IMG/VR virus record: IMGVR_UViG_3300030430_004473
Coordinates: 1-64,000 of that record
Reading direction: 5' to 3' (one strand)
DNA from: a virus
Length of the DNA stretch: 64,000 nucleotides
Below, in pieces: positions 1-9,925 of this stretch. Each line of letters opens with the position of its first letter. The first letter of the stretch is position 1. The position numbers and the translations under genes were made by a program. Under the pieces are notes generated by a model. That model made no database searches. It was not told the origin of the DNA and worked only from the letters and a program-made list of their open reading frames with translations.

Positions 1-2
1 TC

Positions 3-752
3 TTCTAACTTTTTGATCCAACTGTTGATGTATGCTTGACTATTTTCTTTTACATCTTCGCTATTTGCTCCGAGTTCTGCACAGATGAACATGGCCCCTA
101 ATTCTGCGATCAGCTCTTCATAACTGTATTGATGAGAGCCAAACTTATCGAAGTTTGCCACCCCATCACGATTCAATCTCGATTTAGCACCGGTCGAATG
201 AACGATCTCATGAGCTAAGACGCTCACAGCTGCTTCACTTGTTTTGAAGTTACTAGGGATTGATATAGTATCTGATAGAGGTCTATATGCTGGGGCACCA
301 GTAACTAACTGAGGAGCGTCTGAATGATTGAAGTAATCTAACAAAGAACCTTCAGCTTTAACGCCATCTTTGATTTCAAATTTAGCTTTAGCTTCTTCGC
401 TTAGTTCTACTTGTTCAATATTGAACACTGAATATATCTTTGTATTCATATACTTGATCTCTTCCGGATTTTCTTTACAGAATACCGGCTTGAAGAAGAT
501 GATACGTGTGGCCTTCTGTCCTTTCTTTACAAATGAGCCTGTTGCTTTCCAAGCTTTATAAGTACCAAAATAAGGTGAACCAAAGCCAGCAAACATCAAT
601 AACAACGTATTGACGCCAGTGTAAGCATTACCTGTTCCAATGGAACGTGGAAGGCCACCAGCTTGAAAGCTTGGTATCCACTTCTTATAAGTAGATAGGC
701 CGTTGATTACTGAAGTAGTTATTTGTTCTTGAATATCTGTAAGTTTTGACAT
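3..752 (-). CDS. ardC: ArdC-family anti-restriction / ssDNA-binding protein with zincin domain (3' end runs off window)
   Basis: Not in ORF track. Manual translation MSKLTDIQEQITTSVINGL..PRSIGTGNAYTGVN..TYKAW..VKKGQKA..YSVFNIEQ..HEIVHSTG..RLNR..YSYEELIAELGA matches ArdC motifs; RBS AAACGGAG. Confidence 0.85.
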   Translation of the reverse strand, partial: MSKLTDIQEQITTSVINGLSTYKKWIPSFQAGGLPRSIGTGNAYTGVNTLLLMFAGFGSPYFGTYKAWKATGSFVKKGQKATRIIFFKPVFCKENPEEIKYMNTKIYSVFNIEQVELSEEAKAKFEIKDGVKAEGSLLDYFNHSDAPQLVTGAPAYRPLSDTISIPSNFKTSEAAVSVLAHEIVHSTGAKSRLNRDGVANFDKFGSHQYSYEELIAELGAMFICAELGANSEDVKENSQAYINSWIKKLE

Positions 753-788
753 GATGTTCTCCGTTTGTTGATGTTTCGTATATAATAT

Positions 789-818
789 ATTATAATACAT
801 TATACATTATAATGTCAA
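789..818 (-). promoter_or_regulatory. sigma70-type promoter for ardC
   Basis: TTGACA-18 nt-TATAAT on the minus strand. Confidence 0.75.
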
Positions 819-871
819 GCATTATTTATGTAATAATTTCATATTTAATAAATAATTAACAAGGAACGATC

Positions 872-1174
872 ATGAAAGAAGATCCGATCATCTGGGAAAT
901 AGCTTATATTAGGACATTTGGCCCCATTGAGAAACCTATCTATGTTCGTGGCCTTAAAGCTACAATCAAAGGCCTGGAATGGCATATATGCGAAGTTGAT
1001 AAACGAAAAAACAAACCACAACATGGAACATATTGCAACGATAATTATTATTTAACAAATGAAAAAAGAAGTCATTTATCTTTTCATAGAACAATTGAAG
1101 GAGCTCAAGATTTCGCAGAAGAAGGAGGGCATAAAGCTGATCCTAGATACATAGATATAAGAGGTAAGAAATGA
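872..1174 (+). CDS. hypothetical protein
   Basis: 100-aa ORF with AAGGA RBS. Confidence 0.65.
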   Translation: MKEDPIIWEIAYIRTFGPIEKPIYVRGLKATIKGLEWHICEVDKRKNKPQHGTYCNDNYYLTNEKRSHLSFHRTIEGAQDFAEEGGHKADPRYIDIRGKK

Positions 1175-1350
1175 GTCCGGAATATATTATAAGAAAGTAT
1201 CTATTATTGAAACAATCCGTATCAGATCTTTGTATGCACCAGCTTATTGATATGTATAGAATAACTGATAGATTTGTTATTGCTCATCTGATATCTTGGG
1301 AACAAGCTTATAATAAAAAGAAATTAGAAGAACGAAACAAAGCATGTTGA
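1171..1350 (+). CDS. small hypothetical protein (59 aa)
   Basis: ATGA overlap with the upstream stop, GAGG upstream, open to TGA 1348-1350. Confidence 0.5.
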   Translation: MSPEYIIRKYLLLKQSVSDLCMHQLIDMYRITDRFVIAHLISWEQAYNKKKLEERNKAC

Positions 1351-1479
1351 TTCTTCTAGGGCCCCCCTACCTTTCTTTTTTTTGATTTTTTTACTCTACT
1401 GCTATACAGATATGCCGGAAATTTTTTCTGTAATTTTTGTGAAAGTGTAAGGCAGCTGAGAACGTGATATAGTGGAAGT

Positions 1480-3153
1480 ATGTTAGAACAGTATAAAGCG
1501 ACAGTATCAGAATTAAATAGTATAGCTCCAATGTTAGGACAGGTGTTGTGTCACCATAGGAATACGAGGGGCCAACCTATGAGTTTTTTGAATTATCCGA
1601 GTTTGCCACCTTTGTATAAGTTATTGCCTGAGGAGGGTGCGGATATATGTAAAGCTGTTCAGACTGGTTTGAGCGAGTTGATGATAAACTTGTGTTTTTA
1701 TCATGCTGGATCGTTGGGTAGGATAGTAGCTTATGTGTTGCCTACGTTTGGGGGTCGAGATCGATTTGTAGCTCAGCGAATCAATAGGATATTATTGCAA
1801 AGTGAGGGATATCGTTTGTTGTTACCGAATGGTAAAGAGACCGGTAATAACAAGTTGAAGCGTTTTGGAAGTGGTTCAATGTTGTTTTTGGGAAGTAATA
1901 CGCCCGTAGATTTTGTAGAATTTTCAGCTGATACGTTGATCATAGATGAATTGGATCAGTGTGATCCGGCAAATTTAGCTAAGGGTAAAGACAGATTACG
2001 AGCTTCATCAGATCCGAAGATGTATAGGTTAGGTAATCCTACGTTGCCAAATATAGGAATAAGTAAGTTATATGATGAGGGGTCACAACGTTTGTGGTAT
2101 ACGGTTTGTGATCATTGTGGAGAGTGGCAGACGTTAGACTGGTTTGAGAATGTAGTAAGAAAGACGGAAGATGGTGATTGGGTACCGAGAGATCCTAGAA
2201 TCAGTTTGAAAGTAGGAGAGTGGAAAGTATTTAAGGGAAATATAGATCCTGTTTGTAGGAAGTGTCATAGGCCGTTTATAAGACATAGACGAGGAGAGTG
2301 GGTAGCTAATTATGTTGGTCGAGAACGTGAGAGTTTTAGAATGACGAGATTAGACGTATTGAGTGATCCTTTGTTAGATTTATATAAAGAGTGGATGTTA
2401 GGTCAGGGAGATATGAATCGTTTATCAACGTTTTACACTTCTGTATTGGGTCAGGGTTTTGAACATAGTGGAGCTAGATTGACTGGTGAGCATTTGCATA
2501 ATGTTGCTACTGGTGATGAGTTAGATTATGGCGGTGGAGATTATTTAGCTGATCGTGTTGTATCTATGGGCGTTGATGTTGGTAGTGTATTGAATGTAAT
2601 GATATCAGTTGCAGAAGTAAGAGAAGAGACGAACGAACATGGAGAGTTGATAGATATAGCGGTTCGTAATACGATTTTTGTAGGAGCTTGTAAGCATTTT
2701 GAAGAGTTACAAGATATGATTTTGCGTTATCGTGTTGATTGTGTGGTGATTGACAGTATGCCGGAGACAAGGAAGTGTCAGGAGCTTCGAGATTGGGCTA
2801 TGGAAGAAACGGAATGTTTTGTTTGGTTGTGTCGTTTTCATCCAAATGCAAAGGTTAGTCATAGTGAATATGGCAGGAAGTTGAATTGGCGAGATCGAAC
2901 GGTTACAGTAGATAGGACACAGATAATAGATTTTACTTTTGATGAGATAGTGAATGGGAATCGTATATTTCCGAGTGATGTATTTACTGTATTGGGATTT
3001 GTGGATCAAATGCGGGCACCGGTTAGGGTTGTAGATACGGAAAAGAGTCGAATCATCTGGACCGAAAATGGAGCAGCTGATCACTATCGTTTTGCAGATG
3101 TATATAATAGAATAGCTTTTGATTTATCAGAAATGAATGGATCGTTTGGATAA
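1480..3153 (+). CDS. terL: terminase large subunit, lambda GpA-like
   Basis: GpA-type Walker A KAVQTGLSE, Walker B LIIDELD, CxxC pairs, nuclease GVDVG and C-terminal DH; upstream of portal. Confidence 0.9.
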   Translation: MLEQYKATVSELNSIAPMLGQVLCHHRNTRGQPMSFLNYPSLPPLYKLLPEEGADICKAVQTGLSELMINLCFYHAGSLGRIVAYVLPTFGGRDRFVAQRINRILLQSEGYRLLLPNGKETGNNKLKRFGSGSMLFLGSNTPVDFVEFSADTLIIDELDQCDPANLAKGKDRLRASSDPKMYRLGNPTLPNIGISKLYDEGSQRLWYTVCDHCGEWQTLDWFENVVRKTEDGDWVPRDPRISLKVGEWKVFKGNIDPVCRKCHRPFIRHRRGEWVANYVGRERESFRMTRLDVLSDPLLDLYKEWMLGQGDMNRLSTFYTSVLGQGFEHSGARLTGEHLHNVATGDELDYGGGDYLADRVVSMGVDVGSVLNVMISVAEVREETNEHGELIDIAVRNTIFVGACKHFEELQDMILRYRVDCVVIDSMPETRKCQELRDWAMEETECFVWLCRFHPNAKVSHSEYGRKLNWRDRTVTVDRTQIIDFTFDEIVNGNRIFPSDVFTVLGFVDQMRAPVRVVDTEKSRIIWTENGAADHYRFADVYNRIAFDLSEMNGSFG

Positions 3154-3158
3154 CAGAA

Positions 3159-3512
3159 ATGAAAGAATGGAAACCTATATTTATTGAAAACTCAAAACTT
3201 CCTGTAGTCCTTAGTTATTTTAGTCCTATAACAATAGGAGCTATCACACTTGGTTTTTTTGTTTTTTCTCGGGATATAATGACAGAAAGAACAAAGCGAC
3301 ATGAAACTATTCATTTTCAACAATTCTTAGAATTAGGTTTTGTCTTTTTCCTTTTCTTGTATGTTTACTATTGGTTTCGAAACATTATGAAAGGTTTAAG
3401 TGGATCACAAGCATATTATGATATTCCTTTTGAAAGAGAAGCTTATGAAAATGATGAAGATGAAGAATATCTACAGAATCGTGAACGATACGCTTGGAGA
3501 AGAATAACATGA
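3159..3512 (+). CDS. small membrane protein with HExxH (putative metallopeptidase)
   Basis: HETIHFQQ, YYDIPFEREAY, hydrophobic segments. Confidence 0.6.
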   Translation: MKEWKPIFIENSKLPVVLSYFSPITIGAITLGFFVFSRDIMTERTKRHETIHFQQFLELGFVFFLFLYVYYWFRNIMKGLSGSQAYYDIPFEREAYENDEDEEYLQNRERYAWRRIT

Positions 3513-4978
3513 TACAGATAGCAAATAGAAGAATAGAAATAGGAGAGAAGAAGAAAGAGCCTATTGAAAGAGGAACGTGGGGAGGAATCCAACGAGCTAG
3601 GAAGGGTTTGCATTATTATACGGATCTGTATGGAGGTAGTTCTGTATTATACGGATCTGAGTATGAACGAACGAACAGAACATTATCAGACGGAGAGTTG
3701 TGGGAAGTATATAGGCGTTGTAGTGATGTTCGAGCAGCTATAGATAGTATAGTTAGACGAGTAGCAACATTTGATTGGTTGGTTGAGCCTATCAGATCGC
3801 CACAGGAAGAAGGTTGGGCCGAGTTGAATGAGTTATCGAAAACTGGCACCGCATTTTTGAATATGCCGAATAAGAACGGTCAGACGTGGCAGGAAATCAT
3901 GACAGCTTTTTTAACTGATGTTCTCGTATATGATAGAGGATCAATAGAAATAGTCTATGACAGAGAAATGAAGTTAAGCGAGTTGGTACCGTTGCGAGGA
4001 TCGACAGTAGTTCCTATCTTGAATAACAAAGGTAGGATAGTAAGATATGAACAGAATATCTATAGTGGTGGGGAGCCTACGGGTTACACAAGTGGTTCAC
4101 AGACAACGACAGTAAAGTTCAAGCCGAGTCAGTTACTATATTTCAATCTCTATCCGAATACAACGGATGGGGTTGGAAATCCTTTGTTAGAAGCTTTGGT
4201 GAATGAAGTCATAGCTTTAATGCGAGGAAGTCAACATGCTATGTTATCGTTAGACGCAGACGAGATCCCTCCAGGCATTTTGGTTTTGGCAGGAATAAGT
4301 GGGCGAGCAGCTCAAGAGGCCAAAGCAGATATGCAGAGATTAAAAGGTCAGGATCATAAGATACGAGTAATGACAACGCCAGATCCGAGTGGTGTGGGAG
4401 CGAAGTGGTTGGAATTAAAGAGAACGCCTAAAGATATAGAAATGAGGCAGTTGATAGATGATATTCGTAGAGCTGTGTATCGTGTTTTTGGGGTTCAACC
4501 GGTTGAAATGGGAATCAGTGAGGGGATCAATCGTGCGACCGCTCAAGCGCAGTTGGATGTTTCTAGTAGTCATTTGGTCACCCCTATATTGGAATTGTTA
4601 CAATCAAAGATCAATACGTTGGTATTGCCTTTGTTGTATGGTAAAGAAGTAGCTCAGCATATACGTTTTCGATTTAATAGAGAAGCTAGATTAAATGCAG
4701 ACGACATGCAAAAGTTGGCAACGAAACATCAGATATATGTTAGAAATGGCGTTATGACGAGGAATGAAGTAAGAGAAGAATTGGGATTGTTGCCTATCAA
4801 AGGTGGTGATGTAGCAACAATGGAAGTGGCAGGTATGCCAACCCCTGTTCAGAATCTAGGAGAAGCTATGTCGTTAGAAACGGATGATAGTAGTAGTGAA
4901 ACGATAGGTGGTGATGTAATAGTTCCAATTGAACCGGCACGGCCTACGGAATATGAAGAAACAGAACAAGATATATAA
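3509..4978 (+). CDS. portal protein (HK97 family)
   Basis: MTRNEVREELGLLPIKGGD signature; position after terL; ATG 3509 has GGAG RBS and ATGA coupling. Confidence 0.9.
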   Translation: MIQIANRRIEIGEKKKEPIERGTWGGIQRARKGLHYYTDLYGGSSVLYGSEYERTNRTLSDGELWEVYRRCSDVRAAIDSIVRRVATFDWLVEPIRSPQEEGWAELNELSKTGTAFLNMPNKNGQTWQEIMTAFLTDVLVYDRGSIEIVYDREMKLSELVPLRGSTVVPILNNKGRIVRYEQNIYSGGEPTGYTSGSQTTTVKFKPSQLLYFNLYPNTTDGVGNPLLEALVNEVIALMRGSQHAMLSLDADEIPPGILVLAGISGRAAQEAKADMQRLKGQDHKIRVMTTPDPSGVGAKWLELKRTPKDIEMRQLIDDIRRAVYRVFGVQPVEMGISEGINRATAQAQLDVSSSHLVTPILELLQSKINTLVLPLLYGKEVAQHIRFRFNREARLNADDMQKLATKHQIYVRNGVMTRNEVREELGLLPIKGGDVATMEVAGMPTPVQNLGEAMSLETDDSSSETIGGDVIVPIEPARPTEYEETEQDI

Positions 4979-5014
4979 AAATATGTTATAAGAAGGAAAG
5001 AGGATTTTGTAAAA

Positions 5015-8000
5015 ATGCACATCAATATACCTTCATCAATAATATCAGCAGCTTTGAAAGGTGTCATAGAATCTTTGGAAAAGTCAGAAGATCGGGCGTT
5101 AGATACGACAATTGGGGATATCTTTATAGATAAAGAGCCAGATAGTGGTTTATATGAAGCTGATATCAATAAGACGTTTTATGTAACGGTTGTAAGTGGT
5201 AAGTATTATATGAACGGATATCGTCATGAAAATATTCAGTTGATGAAAGGAAATAGATATATCTTCTTACAACAAGCTGAAAGTAATGTATCTCATAATA
5301 TGGCGTTTAGTACAACGAGAGACGGAACGCATAATGGTGGTGTTGCGTATACTACTGGCGTTGAGCTGATTGGAGAAGTAGGAACGAGAGAACATAAGTT
5401 GGTATTAAATACAAGTGAGGATACGCCTCTTTTGTATTATTATTGTGTGAATCATGCCGGCATGGGTGGTTCTATTGACTTTGTTTCTATGAATCGATCT
5501 GGTGAACGAGAAGAACCGAGTGAAGAAGAAAGTAGTACAGAAGATATGATTATACGTCAGGAGGATAAGTTTGGAACGAAGAAAGAAGCTTATGACGCTC
5601 TACCGGAATCAACGAAGAAGGTAATAGATACCAAAGCTCGAGAACATAATGAAGAAGTAGGATCGGATCGAAGTAAGCGAACAACGGCCCCTACTTTGGC
5701 TATGGTATATTGGAGAGGAATTGGAGCTTACAATACGAATCCGGAAAGTGTTAGGCCAACGGTGACGAGTGCAGAACAGTGGGCGATAGCTAGAGTTAAT
5801 AGTTATTTGTATGCTTTGAGGAATGGTAGATTTAGAAGTGGCAAGCATGACACTGATTTATTGCCTAGAGATCATCCTATGAGTAGCAAGGGAGAAGAAT
5901 CAAGATCTCGATTACGATTAAGAGGGTTGTTAGATCCGGAAAATCAGCTAAGTCCGAATGAATTAGACATGTTGATTACTCAGTTAACATCAATCAAGAT
6001 CAATGCAGAAACGATCAAAATGATTTTGGAAGAGTTTGGTCACATGCCGGCTTGGGGTGAGTCAAAGATAAATAGTATATCAGATACGTTAGCGAAGTTA
6101 GAATCATATATGTTAGCTGATTTATCAGAAGATCTAGAAAGAGCTGTTGGAGATGTAGATCCGACAAATTTCCCAAAGTCAGGGGATGATATGAAAGTGT
6201 CATTGAGGAATAGTGAATATCCTTTGTTTGATCGTGACTTTGCTGAAATGATAAAGAATGACTATCCAAGTATTTGGGATCGTGGTGGTAATGTACTCGG
6301 AAACAAACAATATACTAGATTGACAAAGATATTAGATCAAGGTGGTTCAATAGAAACGTCAACGGATGAAGAAGCTGTTAGGTTACGAGAGGCGTGGGCA
6401 GCTAGACATAAACAAGATTTCAGAATGGCAGGAACGATAGCTCAGATCAAGTGGTTGGTTATTGGTAATCGAGGAGAGTCATATATGAAAAATTTGGTTA
6501 GAGAAGAAATAAGTAAAATAGAAAATGCTACAAGATCAAAGGGGTTGAGTATGAAAAAACAAATTGAATTTCGTTGTGTCAGTTCTACGAATCATGAATC
6601 TGGAAACGTGACATATAATTTGAATGGATCAGAAAGAATACATTTGGGTATCAAAGATATAGATGTTCGAGCTTATGATGAAGAAGATAAAGAGATGGAT
6701 ATCGAGGAAAGTTTGAGAGCTATCAATGGTAGAGGGCGACCGGCTAAATACTATTCAATAGAAGGGATTGCTAGTAGTACTTCTATAGATAGTTACGGAA
6801 CCGAAATGAGTTATAGTGCTTTGTTAGAAATGCAGGGCCAAATGCAAATGGGCGTTCCGTTATTGCCTCGTCACACTTCTAGATCGAATGGAGATTTAGC
6901 AGAATGGGATGAAGTGATTGGTAGAACGTATGAAGCTGAATTAAAACAAGATGATGTAGTCATGCCGGCAGAAAGAGGAGATAGACAATATTCTTTACTG
7001 GTCCGATCAAGATTGTATGGAGAAGACGCTATAGCTAGAGAGTTGGTAAAACGATTGAGAAGAGGAGAACCGATAGGCCAGAGCATAGGTGGCTGGTTCA
7101 ATGATATGGAAGTGATAACAAATTCAGATGATGAGATCGAACGTGTTATCATTAAGTCAGTAACATTAGATCATCTAGCAATAACGAGAGCACCAGCTAA
7201 CCCTGATTCAGTAGGATTAGCAACGTATTCAAAGAATAGCAAAGAGTTACACACTATCATATCAACATGGAGATCCTCAATGAAACCAACAGAAAAACCA
7301 AATCTTGAAGAACCGACAGAAAAAGAAGAAACTTCTGAAGTTTCGGACTTGCCTCTTTCAGATGATAAGAAAGAGTTATCGAAACAATCAGATGTTATTC
7401 AACAGACAAAGCTTCCCGAGAACCAATTAAATAAAGATCAATCAGAAGTGGAGAAACGTCATATAGCTGAAATCAACGAAACAGAAGATCAGTATATGAT
7501 AACTTTTGAAAAGAACATGTCTGATCGAATGGCTCATGAAGAAGATATGAAGCAGAAAATGGAAGAATACATGGATCATGAAATGAAAGAGAAGATGAAA
7601 GAGTATATGGATCATGAAGAAATGCAGGAATACATGAAAGAAGTATTTGAAAAGAAAATGGAAGAATTCATGAAAGATTTAATGGAACAGAACAAAATGG
7701 AATTTGATGATCTTGCAAATGAACGAACCGAAGAAAAAGAAGAAGCTGAAACGAGAGATCTAGATAGTAGTGCGGTAGTCGTTGAACCGGTAATGAATGA
7801 CGTTGAAGTAGAGGGTGGACCGGCAGAAGAAGTTCCGGCAGTGGATGAATTAACAAATAGTCCGTTTGATCATTTACAAAACTTTTCAGTAATGCCTTTC
7901 AATGATGATATGCCGTTAGCAGCTGAAGATGTTCCGTGGGGTTGGGATACAACAGCTCAAGATGAAGTACTAGGAGAAGGATTAGATAACTGGAATCGTT

Positions 8001-8812
8001 ATGCTATGGCTCATGTTTATCGAGACGCAGAAGCTAACCCAGAAACCAAAGGAGCATATAAGTTGCCAATAGCGAAAATGGTAAACGGAGAATTGCGGGT
8101 TGTGTTGAATGGTGTAAGAGCAGCTATGGCGGCTTTGAATGGTGCTAGAGGCGGTGTTGATGTACCGGAAGAAGAACGTGAGCAAATACACAATGTTTTG
8201 AGTCAGTATTATTCTAAATTTGGAGAAGAAGCTCCAGAATTAAGAAACAAAGAAGAAGAAATTAAAAAATCAGACACTACTATAGAAAAAAGTGTTATAC
8301 TACAATCAGAAACAATCAAAGAGGAGTCCTCCATGAATAATGAAGATATGAAAACATTGGCTGAATTAATTGGTCGATCAATTGAAGCTGGCCTAAAGCC
8401 GTTATCTGATCGTATCGACAATATTGAAAGCAGAGCACAATCAACAATGAATGAAGCTCCTGTTAAAGAAGTTGAAAAAGCAACAATTGAAACAGTAATA
8501 CCAAAAGAAGTTGAAGAGCTTCGAGCAATTATTGAAAAGCAAAATGAAATAATTGAAAGTGCATTATCTGAACCTCAACGAGTTGGACTTCATCCAGGCC
8601 AGTTGCATAGAGGAATAGGAGCAACAAGTGCTATTGAAAGTTTGGTAGAGCGATCTTCTAAAGAAGGATATGTCGGTTTATCAGCTATCGTAAAAAGAAA
8701 CGTTGATGTTATTTCAGAAGAAACAGAAATGTCAAAACTATCTGTTCATAAGATCAAAGAATTATTATCGGCTGGGCTCAATGCAGCTGAAAAAGACGGC
8801 CTAATTGGATAA
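5015..8812 (+). CDS. multidomain prohead protease / head maturation protein with C-terminal scaffold
   Basis: HK97-type protease motifs IEGIASSTSIDSYG..H..QSIGG..LDHLAITRAPANP; lies between portal and capsid; extra domains include YYYCVNHAGMGG. Confidence 0.8.
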   Translation: MHINIPSSIISAALKGVIESLEKSEDRALDTTIGDIFIDKEPDSGLYEADINKTFYVTVVSGKYYMNGYRHENIQLMKGNRYIFLQQAESNVSHNMAFSTTRDGTHNGGVAYTTGVELIGEVGTREHKLVLNTSEDTPLLYYYCVNHAGMGGSIDFVSMNRSGEREEPSEEESSTEDMIIRQEDKFGTKKEAYDALPESTKKVIDTKAREHNEEVGSDRSKRTTAPTLAMVYWRGIGAYNTNPESVRPTVTSAEQWAIARVNSYLYALRNGRFRSGKHDTDLLPRDHPMSSKGEESRSRLRLRGLLDPENQLSPNELDMLITQLTSIKINAETIKMILEEFGHMPAWGESKINSISDTLAKLESYMLADLSEDLERAVGDVDPTNFPKSGDDMKVSLRNSEYPLFDRDFAEMIKNDYPSIWDRGGNVLGNKQYTRLTKILDQGGSIETSTDEEAVRLREAWAARHKQDFRMAGTIAQIKWLVIGNRGESYMKNLVREEISKIENATRSKGLSMKKQIEFRCVSSTNHESGNVTYNLNGSERIHLGIKDIDVRAYDEEDKEMDIEESLRAINGRGRPAKYYSIEGIASSTSIDSYGTEMSYSALLEMQGQMQMGVPLLPRHTSRSNGDLAEWDEVIGRTYEAELKQDDVVMPAERGDRQYSLLVRSRLYGEDAIARELVKRLRRGEPIGQSIGGWFNDMEVITNSDDEIERVIIKSVTLDHLAITRAPANPDSVGLATYSKNSKELHTIISTWRSSMKPTEKPNLEEPTEKEETSEVSDLPLSDDKKELSKQSDVIQQTKLPENQLNKDQSEVEKRHIAEINETEDQYMITFEKNMSDRMAHEEDMKQKMEEYMDHEMKEKMKEYMDHEEMQEYMKEVFEKKMEEFMKDLMEQNKMEFDDLANERTEEKEEAETRDLDSSAVVVEPVMNDVEVEGGPAEEVPAVDELTNSPFDHLQNFSVMPFNDDMPLAAEDVPWGWDTTAQDEVLGEGLDNWNRYAMAHVYRDAEANPETKGAYKLPIAKMVNGELRVVLNGVRAAMAALNGARGGVDVPEEEREQIHNVLSQYYSKFGEEAPELRNKEEEIKKSDTTIEKSVILQSETIKEESSMNNEDMKTLAELIGRSIEAGLKPLSDRIDNIESRAQSTMNEAPVKEVEKATIETVIPKEVEELRAIIEKQNEIIESALSEPQRVGLHPGQLHRGIGATSAIESLVERSSKEGYVGLSAIVKRNVDVISEETEMSKLSVHKIKELLSAGLNAAEKDGLIG
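7530..7700 (+). repeat. imperfect tandem repeats encoding E/M/K-rich spacer (EYMDHE)
   Basis: Repeated gaatacatggatcatgaa / gagtatatggatcatgaa units. Confidence 0.6.
8333..8812 (+). CDS. nested in-frame scaffolding protein (internal start)
   Basis: TGT-TATACT at 8293-8301, GAGGAG at 8321, in-frame ATG 8333, coiled-coil-like product. Confidence 0.6.
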   Translation: MNNEDMKTLAELIGRSIEAGLKPLSDRIDNIESRAQSTMNEAPVKEVEKATIETVIPKEVEELRAIIEKQNEIIESALSEPQRVGLHPGQLHRGIGATSAIESLVERSSKEGYVGLSAIVKRNVDVISEETEMSKLSVHKIKELLSAGLNAAEKDGLIG

Positions 8813-8850
8813 TCACACAATATAAAAAATTTCACTAGGAGAACAACAAT

Positions 8851-9852
8851 ATGACAAATTTTGGAACAAGTTGGGCAGGAAGTTCAGACGCTACTCGTGA
8901 GCGTTTTGAACGTGCCGTTAATGTTGGTAATGCTGGAACGGCATTATTGCAAACATTCATCAATAGAACAGTTCAACAATTAACATTGAGAGAATTCGGT
9001 TTACAAGCTGTCTTATCTCGAAGAGCTGGATCTGGAGATGCTGAGTATATCAACCGAAGAGAAGCTGGAACAAACGGTGCTACTTGGTTAGCAGATACCG
9101 ATCCGGTTGCAGAAGAAACAGGAACATACGGTCAAGTATCATTCCCATATCGATCTTTGGTTACTCGTGGAAAGGTCACTAGAAAACTTCAAGCAACAGG
9201 CCGATCTTATGCTGATATCCTAGCATTAGAAATGGCAGCTAAAGCTGAAGATTTCGCCAATGCGTTAGAAACTGGAATGATCAGTGCTAACTCTTTGGGT
9301 TCGGCAGACGCTAACGCACCGGCTGGATTTTTGACATTGATTCAACAAATCAATTCATTTGACATGTCTCAAACTGTTTCAAATGCTGGAGCTACAACCG
9401 CAAACGCAGCTTTATCACTAGCAAAACTAGATGAAGCGATTGACCGAGTAAAAGGATCAGCTCAAAGAGGTGATTTGGTTATTATCGGATCATTTGGTGG
9501 AATTAGATCTGTTAATGCAGCTTTGCAAGCACAACAAAGATTCAATGATGTAGTTGAAATCGCAGCTGGCTTTAGAGTAAGAACCTATGACGGAATTCCG
9601 TTAGTAGTATCTACTTCAATGCCAAACGATCTTAACTTCAATGCAGCTGGAGCTATAAAAGACACTTCTGGCGCTGGAACAGCTCTTATGGTATTGAACA
9701 CAAGGTATAACTACATCGCAGAATTGACACCTACAACCGTAATGCCTATTGCAAAAACCGATTCTCAGTTCGATCAATTCGATATGTACTGGGATGGTTC
9801 AAATGTATTAAGCAATACGAAAGGTGCAGCTCTATTAACTCATATTGGATAG
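8851..9852 (+). CDS. major capsid protein (HK97 fold)
   Basis: 333 aa after protease, TAGGAG RBS, YDGIPLVVS motif, followed by terminator. Confidence 0.85.
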   Translation: MTNFGTSWAGSSDATRERFERAVNVGNAGTALLQTFINRTVQQLTLREFGLQAVLSRRAGSGDAEYINRREAGTNGATWLADTDPVAEETGTYGQVSFPYRSLVTRGKVTRKLQATGRSYADILALEMAAKAEDFANALETGMISANSLGSADANAPAGFLTLIQQINSFDMSQTVSNAGATTANAALSLAKLDEAIDRVKGSAQRGDLVIIGSFGGIRSVNAALQAQQRFNDVVEIAAGFRVRTYDGIPLVVSTSMPNDLNFNAAGAIKDTSGAGTALMVLNTRYNYIAELTPTTVMPIAKTDSQFDQFDMYWDGSNVLSNTKGAALLTHIG

Positions 9853-9925
9853 CATAGATAGATATATCCGGACTTTGCAATATAGTTAGTCATAAATATT
9901 CATATTGAGTTTGTTATGTGAATGG

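Noticed and set aside
370-561. + strand 63-aa ORF in the track
   Set aside because: Antisense shadow of ardC; no RBS.
872-1350. Terminase small subunit
   Set aside because: Neither ORF upstream of terL shows HTH or terS features; terS may be off-window.
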